DNA of 64,000 nucleotides from Alphaproteobacteria bacterium (GTDB taxonomy: Bacteria; Pseudomonadota; Alphaproteobacteria; SHVV01), in assembly GCA_965261735.1 (NCBI GenBank), contig OZ253470.1, positions 1,120,001 to 1,184,000 on the forward strand, written 5' to 3'. The position numbers were made by a program, and so were the translations under genes. Shown here piece after piece: positions 28,820 to 39,677 of the stretch. The notes beneath the pieces were generated by a model. That model worked only from the letters and a program-made list of their open reading frames with translations, had not been told where the DNA came from and ran no database searches. The first letter of the stretch is position 1. Each line of letters begins with the position of its first letter.

Positions 28820-30016
28820 CTAGGATCCGGACTCTTCCCAGAAGCTCTCGGGCACGCTGACTAGCTTGCCGTCTTCCCACATGACGATGATGTTACCCTG
28901 GCGCATCGCATCGCCCGAGCCGTCCCACCCGATGGAGCCGCTCAGCGACTCGATCGCTTTGGTGGCGGAAAAGGCCTTGCGAATTCCCTCACGCGAGAGG
29001 TCGCCACCGGCATTCTTGATGATGTTGGCGGTGACCAGCACGCCGTCTATGCACAGCATCGACCACAGGGAGGGCTCCCTGTCGAAGCGCTTGCGGAAGG
29101 CCGCCTGCATGTCCTTCACGTAGGGCCGGGGGTCACCGGGGTCGTAGAGGCTGTAGAGATAGGTGCCGCCGCGGGTATCGGTCTTAGCGACCTTGCCCTT
29201 CGACATCTTCCAATAATCCGTTTGGCTGATCCCGAGACCGCCGAGGACCGGCTGGTTGAGGCCGGCGTCGCGCGCCTGTCCAATCCACTGCCCACCGTCG
29301 AACGCCTGCAGGACGCCGAAGAAGACATCGACGTTGGCGCCCTTCAACTTGGTGACCTGCGCCTTGAAGTCGGTGTCCCCGGTCTTACCGGTGGATTCCA
29401 CCAGCTCGATACCGAGCTTTTTCGCCTCGGCCCGCCAAATCTGGGCGTTGGCCACGACCGCCTCGTCGTCGTGCGTATACAGCAGCGCCGCCTTCTTGAT
29501 GTTGAAGCGCTTCTGCGCCTTGGGCAGGAACACGGGCACCGCGCTATGCGCCTGCGGCAACGAGCGGAACATCCATTGATTGAAATGGCCGAGGCGCCAG
29601 AAACCGGCCGATGAATAGGCGAAGACCGGAATCTTGTACTGTTCGGCGAGATCGTGGACCGCGACGACCAGCGACGTGCCGCCGACGTTGAGGATGATCG
29701 GCACGTCGGGATCGCGCGCCAGCTTCTTGAAGACGCTGACCCCGAAAGGCAAATCCTCGAACGGAGCATCGACCACGTAAGCCTTGACCGGCCGTCCATT
29801 GATGCCACCGGCCGCATTGACCATGTCCTCGCCGACCAGGGTGCCATCCCACATCATGTCGCCCCACGCGGCGGCAACGCCGGACATCGACACCATGAAC
29901 GGAATCCGCCAAGGCTTGCCCTTGGGATCGGCCGCCTCCGCCGGCGACGCCAAGACCATCGCAGCAGCGACGGCAACGCCTACCAGCAAAGACGTTAAAC
30001 GCTGAACTCCTGTCAT
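28820..30016 (-). CDS. ABC transporter substrate-binding protein (paralog of 22936)
   Basis: Signal peptide, VNAAGGINGRP, DPRPYV, shared VPESFW C-terminus. Confidence 0.88.
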   Translation of the reverse strand: MTGVQRLTSLLVGVAVAAAMVLASPAEAADPKGKPWRIPFMVSMSGVAAAWGDMMWDGTLVGEDMVNAAGGINGRPVKAYVVDAPFEDLPFGVSVFKKLARDPDVPIILNVGGTSLVVAVHDLAEQYKIPVFAYSSAGFWRLGHFNQWMFRSLPQAHSAVPVFLPKAQKRFNIKKAALLYTHDDEAVVANAQIWRAEAKKLGIELVESTGKTGDTDFKAQVTKLKGANVDVFFGVLQAFDGGQWIGQARDAGLNQPVLGGLGISQTDYWKMSKGKVAKTDTRGGTYLYSLYDPGDPRPYVKDMQAAFRKRFDREPSLWSMLCIDGVLVTANIIKNAGGDLSREGIRKAFSATKAIESLSGSIGWDGSGDAMRQGNIIVMWEDGKLVSVPESFWEESGS

Positions 30017-30084
30017 GACTCTCCTCCCTGTCTCAAGCTAAGGCCTTGGCCGGCACAACAACGCCGCTCTTCCTAACCTTGCGA

Positions 30085-32334
30085 TCAGTCTAGATCAATC
30101 TCGGGCCTATGGGAACCCGATCGGGGTGTACCCGCGGGGCCTTCGTAGTTCGCACCGTTGAGCGCCATCCACACGAGATTGTCGAAATGGTGGGTGCCGT
30201 GCTCGCTCTGCCACGAGCGCTCCGCATCGACCATGAGGCGACTCTGCGTGTAGCCGCGCGAGCGCACGCCCTGCTGCTGGCGTTCGATGGCGCTGATGTC
30301 TTGGGGCCAGACGACATTGCTGTAATTGTTCATTTGGCCGACGTCGTACGCGGTCGGCGGGTCGTTGAGGCAGAAATTGACGATGTGGCGGGTCGAATGG
30401 TCGGCGTCGTCGGCGAGAGCGTGCAGTATCTTGAAATTACTCGGCCCCTGGTGGGCGACGAAGATCAGGTTCGGCCACAGAAACCAGATGTAGACGTCAC
30501 GCAAGCCGCCCTCGCCGAAGTCGTAGGGCAGCTTCTCCTTGTTGCGCTCCATCATCTCGTAGTTGCCGCGAATGATGTGGCTTGCCTATCCGGTTAACGC
30601 CCATGGCCGCTACATGTAGGGTGCCACCACTCTCCCGAGTAAAGCTCGGCATAGGTTGGAGCAGAGGTGTCGCCCGCGATGCCGAGCAATGAGCGGAAGG
30701 CGTTGAACGGGTAGAACCGCCTGTTGAAGCGGAAGGTGAACTCGTTGAGGTAGGCTTGTAGGTGCTGGTGGCTAACGCCGTGGTGGATACCGATCAGCCA
30801 CGTCTTCAGGTTGGCGAAAACCAGATGGATGATCGGCAGGTATTGCTCGGCAACCTCTGGATCACCACACTCGGCAACAGCGAAGTGCTCATAGCCGCGC
30901 TTACCGAGGCCAGCATAGCCGCTCCAATCGTCAGTAACGATCAGCGATCGCGGCGCGACGGTGCTCTCGACGAACCCACAGAGCGACTCGGCGCTACGGT
31001 CGAGCACGACGGCGATGGCACAGGAGACGGGAACCTTGTGGTGAACACCACGGCCTTCCCCACGCGTTCGCCCGCCAACCCAGGTTTCGTCCACCTCAAC
31101 ATGGCTCTTGGGCTGTCCACCGATCCTGTCTTGGTTGGGCCGCACCATGCCCGAGCGGAGCTTGTGGAGAATTTGAAAGGCCGTCTCGTAGCGCGAAAGA
31201 CCAAGTTGCCGCTGAAACTGCACGGCGGACATGCCGGGCGTCTGACTGGCGACCAGATAAGCGGCCCAGAACCAGACGTTCAGCGGAGTGTGGCTACGCT
31301 CCATCACTGTTCCCACCGTCAGCCCGGTGTTCTGGCGGCACTTGCGGCAGCGCAGGACGCCAGGGCGGTTTTCAAAGTGGAACGGCTCTCCCGCCGTGCC
31401 GCAGTGCGGGCAGGCAAAGCCGTCTCCCCAGCGGGCTTTCTCCAGGTAGGCGGCGCAGGCCGCATCATCGGGGAAAAGTCGCTGGAACTCGGGTAGCGAA
31501 TGCGGGAATGGGAGATCGGCGCGGTCGAGAACATCCATGGCGCGCTCCCCTATATCCGGGTTGCGCCCATTCTAGCCCTAGTGGGTGTGGGTGTAAACCG
31601 GATAGGCAAGTGATGTGGGTCGTCCAGTACTCGTGCTCGATCGATTCCCAGCTCGTCTCGACGTAGCCGTTTCCCGAGCCCATGAGCTGCGGATGCAACG
31701 TCGGGCAGTGGTAGCACTCGAGCCCGTCGAGGATGAACTTCCAGTTGGCCTTGATATCGAAGCTCTCGCGACGCACGCAGGTCAGGGCATCGAAATCTGG
31801 GATCACCGTCCGGAGCTCGTCGAGGAGCCCGGCGGCGATATCGGCGAGCGGGGTAGCGTCCGGGTCGAAATTGACGAACACCATCGGTCCGAGTTCGGCA
31901 ACGCCGATCTCGGGAAGGCAGAAGTCTTCGTGCTCGAACCCGGCGACGTTCTCAGAGTTGCCCGCGGCCTTCAGGTTGCCCTCGAGATCGTACGTCCAGG
32001 CGTGGAACGGGCAGGTGATCATCCGCGTATTGCCCTTGCCCTCGAGCAGGATATGACCGCGGTGCATGCAGACGTTGTAGTAGGCCCGCAGGCGCCCATC
32101 CTTGGCACGGACGACGAACACAGGCTGATCGATCAGGGTGAAGGTGATGTAGTCGCCGGGTTCCCTTAGGTCCTGGAGGTTGCCCACATACTGCCAGGTC
32201 TTGAACCAGATCTCTTCCTTCTCGCGCTCGAAGATCCCGCGATCACGATAGTAGGTCCCGGGCAGCGTGTAGGATAGTGCCGGATCGGGATGGAATCGGC
32301 CGGTGGTTCCCGGCTCAGGCAGGCTCGACGCCAT
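30085..32334 (-). pseudogene. CntA-like Rieske oxygenase disrupted by IS1595 copy 2
   Basis: Removing 30581-31610 and one TSD rejoins ...WTTH/IIRGNYEMME... into a 403-aa frame. Confidence 0.93.
30581..31610 (-). mobile_element. IS1595-family IS copy 2 (1030 bp; 75-bp internal deletion)
   Basis: TIRs cttgcctatccggtt, TSD TGATGTGG (30573-30580 and 31611-31618). Transposase 30594-31538 lacks 25 aa. Confidence 0.96.
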
Positions 32335-32516
32335 GGTGGGTCTCCTCGAGTGGCGGTCTCGACGCGACGACTCCGATTATACACGGAAAACGGACGGGCC
32401 GACTGATACGCGAGGTCGCTTGACACCCACTGTCGGCGCAATGCGATGATGGGAGAGCGACACGATGCGGCCGGTAAGGGCGCCGGTCGCCACGCCGCCA
32501 TCGCACGAGGTGCACC

Positions 32517-33809
32517 ATGAAAAACGGGAACGGACTCGTCTGGCCGAGGGCCGACTTCAGCCGTATACCCTATGCCGTCTTCCTCGACGAGGACGTGTAC
32601 GAGCGCGAGCAGGACCAGGTCTTTCAGGGGCCGGTGTGGTTGTTTCTGGGGCTACAGGCCCAACTCCCCAACCCCGGCGACTACATCACCACCTATGCCG
32701 GCGATTGCCCGATCGTAGTGAGCCGGGCCGAGGACGGCAGCTTGCATGCGTTCGTCAACAGTTGCGCCCACCGCGGCACCATGGTGGTGCGCGACCGCAA
32801 GGGCAACGCCGAGAACCACACCTGCGTCTACCACCGCTGGTGCTACGACCTGCGCGGCGACCTCATAGGCGTGCCGTTCCAGCGCGGCCTCGGCGGTAAG
32901 GGCGGCATGCCGGAGGACTTCGACAAGAGCGAGCACGGATTGCGCAAGCTCAAGGTCGCGAGTTACCGCGAGGCCATCTTCGGCACCTTCGATCCGGAAG
33001 CCGAGCCGCTCGAGGACTTCCTCGACCGGCCGTGCCTCGACTTCCTCGACCGGCTGTTCATGAAGCCGATCAAGGTGCTCGGCTACCGCCGACAGCGCTT
33101 CCCCAACAACTGGAAGCTCTACTACGAGAACTACGGCGACGGCTACCATGCCGGCCTGCTGCACCAGCTCGCCGCAACGTTCGGTCTCCACCGGGCGACG
33201 CAGACCGGCGCCCGCACACCGGACAAGTGGGGCCGTCACGCGGCCGGCTATGTGAGTGCCGACAGCGATACGACCGAGGTCATCCAGGAGGGCTACCGCG
33301 ACACCGAGCTCGGCGCCCAGATCGCCAATCCGCTGGAGTTCGAGGACCTGTCCTTCGTCGGCTGGCGCGACGAGGTCGGCGACGGGCAGATCGTCAGGAC
33401 CTGCAGCGTCTTTCCCAGCGCCCTGTTCGCGCAAGTCGGCAACGTCCTCGAGACCGAGCAGATCCGGCCCAAGAGCGCGACCGAGTTCGAGCTCTATTGG
33501 ACCCTGTTCGGCTACACCGACGACGATCCCGAGCTCGCCCAGAAGCGCCTCCAGCAAGCCAACATGGTCGGGCCCGCCGGATACAACAACATGGAGGACG
33601 GCGAGGTCGGCATCCTCGCCCACCGCGGTATCCGCCGCCGTGGCCACGAGCACTCGGTCGTTCAGATGGGGGGCACAGGCGCCATCGAGCCCCCGGATGG
33701 CCACCATCGCATCTCCGAGATGATGGTACGGGGCGTCTGGCGCTACTACTGCCACCTCATGGGCTACCGGCCCGAGGGCGCTCTCACCAACTGGCCGCCG
33801 GCCGAGTGA
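32517..33809 (+). CDS. Aromatic ring-hydroxylating oxygenase alpha subunit (salicylate 5-hydroxylase/anthranilate-like)
   Basis: CAHRG...CVYH.W, GVPFQRG..GKGGMP, NWKLY.EN..DGYHA.LLH, GPAG...EDGE. Confidence 0.92.
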   Translation: MKNGNGLVWPRADFSRIPYAVFLDEDVYEREQDQVFQGPVWLFLGLQAQLPNPGDYITTYAGDCPIVVSRAEDGSLHAFVNSCAHRGTMVVRDRKGNAENHTCVYHRWCYDLRGDLIGVPFQRGLGGKGGMPEDFDKSEHGLRKLKVASYREAIFGTFDPEAEPLEDFLDRPCLDFLDRLFMKPIKVLGYRRQRFPNNWKLYYENYGDGYHAGLLHQLAATFGLHRATQTGARTPDKWGRHAAGYVSADSDTTEVIQEGYRDTELGAQIANPLEFEDLSFVGWRDEVGDGQIVRTCSVFPSALFAQVGNVLETEQIRPKSATEFELYWTLFGYTDDDPELAQKRLQQANMVGPAGYNNMEDGEVGILAHRGIRRRGHEHSVVQMGGTGAIEPPDGHHRISEMMVRGVWRYYCHLMGYRPEGALTNWPPAE

Positions 33810-33817
33810 GGCCGGCC

Positions 33818-34294
33818 ATGGACAACGGCAGCATCCGCGAACAGATCACCGACCTCGAGTACGCCTACGTCCAGTGCATCGACGACGACCGCCTCGAGGA
33901 GTGGCCGGGCTTCTTCGTCGAGGACTGCGTCTACCACATCCTGCCGCGCGAGAACGCCGAGGAGGGCCTGCCGCTCGGCATCTTCTACTGCCACAACCAG
34001 GCCCAGCTGCGCGACCGGGTCGTGATCCTGCGCAAAGCCGCCGTGTTCAGCCTGCGCTACTATCGCCACCTGATCAGCAACATCCGCATCGTCGGCGAGC
34101 GCGACGGCGTCCATGACGTCCACACCAACTACGTGGTCCACGCCACCGACGTGCTCGACGGCACGACCATCATCTTCAGCGCCGGCAAGTACGAGGACAA
34201 GGTGACCTTCGAGGGCGGCGCCCCGCGTTTTGTGGAAAAGATCGTTCTCGCCGACACCTCCTCCATCCCCAGCAACCTCTCCGCGCCGCTGTAA
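33818..34294 (+). CDS. Ring-hydroxylating oxygenase beta subunit
   Basis: IDDDRLEEWP.FF, PREN, LRDRV, GKYED; directly follows the alpha subunit. Confidence 0.9.
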   Translation: MDNGSIREQITDLEYAYVQCIDDDRLEEWPGFFVEDCVYHILPRENAEEGLPLGIFYCHNQAQLRDRVVILRKAAVFSLRYYRHLISNIRIVGERDGVHDVHTNYVVHATDVLDGTTIIFSAGKYEDKVTFEGGAPRFVEKIVLADTSSIPSNLSAPL

Positions 34295-34508
34295 GGGGTG
34301 GAGCCGGTGCGCCGACGCGGCGCCGTGCCGACCGCGAACGGTTGACAAATCGGGCCACATGCGGCAGACGAGGCACGCTGAATCTTCGGCACAACGAAAA
34401 CAACGGCGCTCAGGATCCTAGGCGGCGGCATCGCGAGGCACCCGCTACCTGGCAAGCCGTGATATTCTGGCCGCGTGGACAAGACGCAGTGTCCCAGGGA
34501 GGACAGAG

Positions 34509-36107
34509 ATGAGCAAAGTCTTACGGATGCGCACCTTGACATCGATCGCCGCAGCCGCGGTGCTCGCGCTGGCGCTCGGCGTCGGCCAAGCCTCGGCACA
34601 GAAACGCGGCGGTGAGCTGCACAGCATCATTCAGCTCGAGCCGCCCCACATCGCCATGGGCCTCAACCTGCAACTTCCAACACAGGTGGTCAGCAGCAAG
34701 ATCTTCCAGTCGTTGATCAAGTACGACTTCGACTTCAACCCGGTGCCGGTGCTGGCGGAGTCGTGGACGGCCGCGCCCGACGGCAAGACCTACACCTTCA
34801 AGCTGCGCCGGGGCGTGACTTGGCACGACGGCAAGCCGTTCACGGCGGCCGACGTCCTGTTCACCATCAACGAGATCATGCCGTTGCATCCGCTGTCGCG
34901 TCGCGTGTTTGCCCGAGTGGACTCCACGACGGCCCCGGATGACTACACGGTCGTGTTCAAGCTCAAGCAGTCCTACGCGCCATTCCTGTCGGCGTGGGAT
35001 ATCTCGTCAACACCGATCTACCCCAAGCACCTCTATGAAGGCACGGACTACAGGAAGAACGAGTACAACCAGAAACCCGTCGGCACCGGCCCGTTCAAGT
35101 TCGCGGAGTGGAAGAAGGGTTCGCACATCAAGCTGGTGCGCAACGACAACTACTGGAAGAAGGGGCTGCCCTATCTCGATGCCATCTACTTCCATGTCTT
35201 GCCCGACTCCGCGACACGCGCGGTGCAGCTCGAGCAGGGCAAAGTCCACTTCACGAGCTGGGGCAACATCGAGGGTCCCGACGTGGCGCGCCTCGAGAAG
35301 CTACCGCATCTCGAGATGACCACGAAGGGCTACGAGATGCTCGGTACGATGATGTGGCTCGAGTTCAATCATCGCAAGGCGCCGCTCAACGACGTGCGTT
35401 TCCGCAAGGCCGTGGCGCTCGCCATCGACCGCAAGTTCATCCGCGACAACATCTACTACGGCCTCGGCAAGATCCCGAACGGGCCCCTTTCCACCGTGAC
35501 CCGGTTCTACGACCCGAACGTCAAGATGGACTGGGAATACAATCCGGAGCGGGCCAAGAAGTTGCTCGACGAGATGGGGTTCAAGCCGGACAAGGACGGC
35601 GTTCGCGTGCGCACGACCCTGTTGCCGATCGCCGCGAGCTACGGCGAGCAGTTCGTGCGTAGCGCCGAGTACATCAAGCAGGCCTTGGCGGATGTGGGCA
35701 TCGACGCCAAGATTCAGTCGGTCGACGCGCCGACTTGGATCAAGCGGATGGCCAATGGTGAGTTCGACCTTTCCATCACCTTCATGGGCCAGTACGGCGA
35801 CCCCGAGCTCGGCGTCGCGCGCTCCTACATTTCGAGCAACATCAAGAAGGGCGTGCCGTTCAACAACACGGCCGGTTACAGCAACGCGAAGGTCGACGAA
35901 CTCTTCAACATGGGCGCCGTCGAGATGGACCCGAAGAAACGGGCCACCATCTATTCTCAGCTGCAGCAGGAGATGGTCGACGACGTCGCGGTCGTTTGGT
36001 TCCTCGAGTACGAGTATCCGCACTTCATCAATAAGAAGTTCAAGAACGTCATCGTCGACGTCCATGGCAACAAGGGCGACTTCGAGGGCGCTTACATGGT
36101 TCAGTAG
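34509..36107 (+). CDS. ABC transporter substrate-binding protein (Dpp/Opp family 5)
   Basis: P.LAESW, F.LR.GV.WHDG.PFTA.DV, PVGTGPF. Confidence 0.95.
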   Translation: MSKVLRMRTLTSIAAAAVLALALGVGQASAQKRGGELHSIIQLEPPHIAMGLNLQLPTQVVSSKIFQSLIKYDFDFNPVPVLAESWTAAPDGKTYTFKLRRGVTWHDGKPFTAADVLFTINEIMPLHPLSRRVFARVDSTTAPDDYTVVFKLKQSYAPFLSAWDISSTPIYPKHLYEGTDYRKNEYNQKPVGTGPFKFAEWKKGSHIKLVRNDNYWKKGLPYLDAIYFHVLPDSATRAVQLEQGKVHFTSWGNIEGPDVARLEKLPHLEMTTKGYEMLGTMMWLEFNHRKAPLNDVRFRKAVALAIDRKFIRDNIYYGLGKIPNGPLSTVTRFYDPNVKMDWEYNPERAKKLLDEMGFKPDKDGVRVRTTLLPIAASYGEQFVRSAEYIKQALADVGIDAKIQSVDAPTWIKRMANGEFDLSITFMGQYGDPELGVARSYISSNIKKGVPFNNTAGYSNAKVDELFNMGAVEMDPKKRATIYSQLQQEMVDDVAVVWFLEYEYPHFINKKFKNVIVDVHGNKGDFEGAYMVQ

Positions 36108-36120
36108 GCTGAGTTATTTA

Positions 36121-36160
36121 CCGCCCCGTCCCCCTCCCGCGCTGGAGAGGGACGGGGCGG
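36121..36160 (+). terminator. Stem-loop after the SBP gene
   Basis: ccgccccgtccc...gggacggggcgg. Confidence 0.6.
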
Positions 36161-36213
36161 ATGCATTCCCCGCTCAGGGCGTCGGTTTCCTCCTGCTCTC
36201 CAGAGGTTGAGGC

Positions 36214-37191
36214 ATGGGACGGCTGCGTTATGTCCTGCGACGCCTGGGGCAGGGTGTCGCCATCATCCTCGCTATCGTCGTCCTGAACTTCTTCCTGCTG
36301 CGGGCGGCACCCGGGGATCCAGCACTCGCCATGGCCGGCGAGGCCGGCGCCGCGGACGAAGAATACATCGCGGCGCTTCGCGCCGACTGGGGCCTCGACC
36401 AACCTCTCGGGAAGCAGCTGGTCATCTACGTCGGCGGCGTCTTGAGGGGCGACCTCGGCCACTCCTATCGCTACGGCGTCCCGGTGATCGATGTTCTCTT
36501 CGAGCGCCTGCCCTCAACCCTGTTGCTGACGACCACGGCGTTCTTCCTCGCCCTAACTCTGGGGATAGCGCTCGGAACGATCGCCGCGCTGCGGGTGGGA
36601 ACGTGGATTGACACGGTCGTTACGGTCATCGCGCTCGCCTTCTACGCGACCCCCATCTTCTGGTTCGCGTTGATGAGCATCCTCCTTTTCTCGGTGGTGG
36701 TGAACTGGCTGCCGCCCGTGGGCTGGGAGACCATCGGCGCGGAGCTCACCGGTTTCGCGCACGTGCTCGACGTGGCCCATCACCTCATTCTGCCGGTGCT
36801 CACGCTCGGGCTCTTCTACATGGCGATCTACGCCCGGCTCGCGCGCACCTCCTTCCTCGAGGTGATGCGCCAGGAGTACGTGACCGCGGCCCGTGCCAAG
36901 GGCCTGCCCGAGGGTCGAGTCGTCATGGCCCACATCCTGCGCAACTCCATGCTGCCGGTGATTTCGATGGCCGGGTTCCAGGCCGGTCATCTGATCGGCG
37001 GTACAGTGCTGATCGAGACCATCTTCGCCTGGCCGGGCGTCGGGCGCCTCGCCTTCGAGGCGGTGCTGGGGCGCGACTATACGCTCCTGCTCGGTGTCTT
37101 TGTGCTGACCTCGATCATGGTCGTCGTCTTCAACCTCATCACCGATCTCGTCTACTCGCTCGTCGATCCGCGTATCGAGGTCCAGGGATGA
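36214..37191 (+). CDS. Dpp-type ABC permease (DppB-like)
   Basis: GDLGHS, TAARAKGL, IETIFAWPG.G, DPRI. Confidence 0.95.
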   Translation: MGRLRYVLRRLGQGVAIILAIVVLNFFLLRAAPGDPALAMAGEAGAADEEYIAALRADWGLDQPLGKQLVIYVGGVLRGDLGHSYRYGVPVIDVLFERLPSTLLLTTTAFFLALTLGIALGTIAALRVGTWIDTVVTVIALAFYATPIFWFALMSILLFSVVVNWLPPVGWETIGAELTGFAHVLDVAHHLILPVLTLGLFYMAIYARLARTSFLEVMRQEYVTAARAKGLPEGRVVMAHILRNSMLPVISMAGFQAGHLIGGTVLIETIFAWPGVGRLAFEAVLGRDYTLLLGVFVLTSIMVVVFNLITDLVYSLVDPRIEVQG

Positions 37192-38027
37192 GGGAGTTCT
37201 GGTCTCGCTACAGCCGCAACAAGGGGGCGGTCATCGGCCTCGCCGTGCTCGCGCTCGTCGTACTGGTCGCGGTGTTCGCATCGATCCTGTACCCGACCTC
37301 ACCCTGGCGCCTCGTCGGCCGACCCTACCTTCCACCCCTGTCGCCGGGCTTTCCGCTAGGCACCGACACGCTCGGCCGCGACATCCTGTCAGGGATCGTC
37401 CACGGTTCGCGCGTCTCCCTCCTCGTCGGCATCGCCTCGGCGCTCGCCAGCACGTTCATGGGCATTCTCGTCGGCGGCGTGTCCGGCTACTACGGCGGCC
37501 GCATCGACGATGCGCTGATGCGCTTTACCGAGCTGTTCCAGACGATCCCGAGCTTCATTCTGGCGATCGTGGTCGTTGCCATCCTGAGCCCGACCATCGT
37601 CTCCGTCGTGCTCGCCATCGCGATCATCAGCTGGCCGCCCGTGGCACGCCTCGTGCGCGGCGAGTTCCTGACGCTGCGGCAGCGCGAGTTCGTCATGGCC
37701 GCCGTCGTCGTCGGCCAATCCGACTTCCGCATCATCGCGACCCAGATCCTACCCAACGCCATGGGACCGATCATCGTCATGGCCTCGCTGATGGTGGCGG
37801 CGGCCATTCTGCTCGAAGGCTCGCTGTCCTTCCTCGGGCTCGGCGATCCCGAGCTGATGAGCTGGGGGTTCATGATCGGGGCGTCGCGCAACGTCATCCG
37901 GGTCGCCTGGTGGATGAGCCTCTTCCCCGGCCTCGCCATCTTTTTCGCCGTGCTCGCCATCAACCTGGTGGGCGAGGGCTTGACCGACGTGCTTAACCCG
38001 CGCCTCGCGCGCGAGGTCAAGGCATGA
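37188..38027 (+). CDS. Dpp-type ABC permease (DppC-like)
   Basis: LGTDTLGRD, ILPNAM, LSFLGLG. Confidence 0.95.
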   Translation: MREFWSRYSRNKGAVIGLAVLALVVLVAVFASILYPTSPWRLVGRPYLPPLSPGFPLGTDTLGRDILSGIVHGSRVSLLVGIASALASTFMGILVGGVSGYYGGRIDDALMRFTELFQTIPSFILAIVVVAILSPTIVSVVLAIAIISWPPVARLVRGEFLTLRQREFVMAAVVVGQSDFRIIATQILPNAMGPIIVMASLMVAAAILLEGSLSFLGLGDPELMSWGFMIGASRNVIRVAWWMSLFPGLAIFFAVLAINLVGEGLTDVLNPRLAREVKA

Positions 38028-39658
38028 GCACGAGCGGCGCGCCGGCGGGTGGCACGCTGCTCGAGGTCCGCGACATGACAGTCGCGCTGCCGCCCGAGGC
38101 CGACCGGCCGCACGCGGTCGAGAGCATCTCCTTCGACCTCGACCGTCGCGAGATGCTCTGCATCGTGGGCGAATCGGGGTCGGGAAAGAGCATTACGGCG
38201 CACGCCGTGATGGGGCTGCTGCCTGAACCGCACGTCCGCGTCGTCGGTGGCGAGATCATCTTCGAGGGACAGACGATCACCAAGTTCGATCAATCGGAGT
38301 GGCGCCGCCTGCGCGGCCGGCGCATGGCGATGATCTTCCAGGAGCCGATGACGGCGCTCAACCCGGTGATGCGCGTCGGTGCCCAGATCGAGGAAGTCCT
38401 GGTCGCGCACACCGACATGCTGGCGCGGGCGCGCCAGGACCGCGTGGTCGAACTGCTGGCCTCGGTCGGCCTGCCTGAGCCGGATCGCCTGGGGCAGGTC
38501 TATCCGTTCCGCCTCTCGGGCGGGCAGCGCCAGCGCGTCATGATCGCGGCGGCGCTGGCGCTCGAGCCGGCGCTCCTCATTGCCGACGAGCCGACGACGG
38601 CGCTCGACGTCACCACGCAGATGCAGATCCTCAAGCTGATCAAGGACCTGCAGACCAAGATGGAAATGGGGGTCCTGTTCATCACCCACGATTTCGGGGT
38701 CGTCGCCGAGATCGCCGACCGCGTCGCGGTGATGCAGGAGGGCCACATTGTCGAGCTCGGACACCTGAAGCAGGTCCTCGACGACCCCCGTCACGACTAC
38801 ACGAAAAAGCTCATCGCGGCCGTCCCCAAGCTACGGGATGTGGAGCGCGGTGAGGTCGAGACCGATAACGTCGTCCTGTCGACGCACGAAGTGTGCAAGA
38901 CGTTCTCACAGGCGGGCGGCCTGTTCGCCCAGCGCCGCGTCGTGCAAGCGGTAAAGAGCGTCGATCTCAAGGTGCGGGCCGGCGAAACCCTCGGGCTCGT
39001 GGGCGAGTCGGGCTCCGGGAAATCGACTTTCGCGCGTTGTCTCGTCCGCCTCCTCGATGCCGAGAGCGGCGAGATCTGGTTCGACGGCCAGAACCTAGTG
39101 CCGCTCCGCTCCCGTGCCCTACGGCCCCTGAGACCGCGCATCCAGATGATCTTCCAAGACCCCTACGCATCGCTCAACCCGCGCCGTAAGGTCGGGCGCA
39201 TCATAGCCGAGGGACCGATGGCTCAGGGCGTGCGCTCATCCGCCGCCATGCGCAGGTCGCGCGAGTTGCTCGAGCTCGTGGGCCTCGATGCCGGGATCTC
39301 GGACCGCTATCCACACGAGTTTTCCGGCGGCCAGCGCCAGCGCATCGGCATCGCCCGCGCGCTCGCGCTGGAGCCGGAGGTTCTGGTTGCCGACGAGCCG
39401 GTCTCGGCGTTGGACGTTTCCGTGCAGGCGCAAATCCTGGAGCTGCTGTCCGATCTGCAAAAGCGATTCGATCTCGCGCTGCTGTTCATCACCCACGACC
39501 TGCGCGTGGCGGCCCAGGTGTGCGACACCATCGCCGTCATGCGCTTCGGCGAGATCGTGGAATTAGGCACCAAGTCGCAAGTCTTCCGCTCACCCCAGCA
39601 CGAGTACACCAAGGCCCTGCTCGACGCGATCCCGGGCAAACAGTTGGTGCTCGAGTAA
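38024..39658 (+). CDS. Fused double ABC ATPase (DppD/F-like)
   Basis: Two GESGSGKS Walker A motifs, LSGGQRQR and FSGGQRQR. Confidence 0.96.
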   Translation: MSTSGAPAGGTLLEVRDMTVALPPEADRPHAVESISFDLDRREMLCIVGESGSGKSITAHAVMGLLPEPHVRVVGGEIIFEGQTITKFDQSEWRRLRGRRMAMIFQEPMTALNPVMRVGAQIEEVLVAHTDMLARARQDRVVELLASVGLPEPDRLGQVYPFRLSGGQRQRVMIAAALALEPALLIADEPTTALDVTTQMQILKLIKDLQTKMEMGVLFITHDFGVVAEIADRVAVMQEGHIVELGHLKQVLDDPRHDYTKKLIAAVPKLRDVERGEVETDNVVLSTHEVCKTFSQAGGLFAQRRVVQAVKSVDLKVRAGETLGLVGESGSGKSTFARCLVRLLDAESGEIWFDGQNLVPLRSRALRPLRPRIQMIFQDPYASLNPRRKVGRIIAEGPMAQGVRSSAAMRRSRELLELVGLDAGISDRYPHEFSGGQRQRIGIARALALEPEVLVADEPVSALDVSVQAQILELLSDLQKRFDLALLFITHDLRVAAQVCDTIAVMRFGEIVELGTKSQVFRSPQHEYTKALLDAIPGKQLVLE

Positions 39659-39677
39659 GGGCGGACCCACAGGCGAG

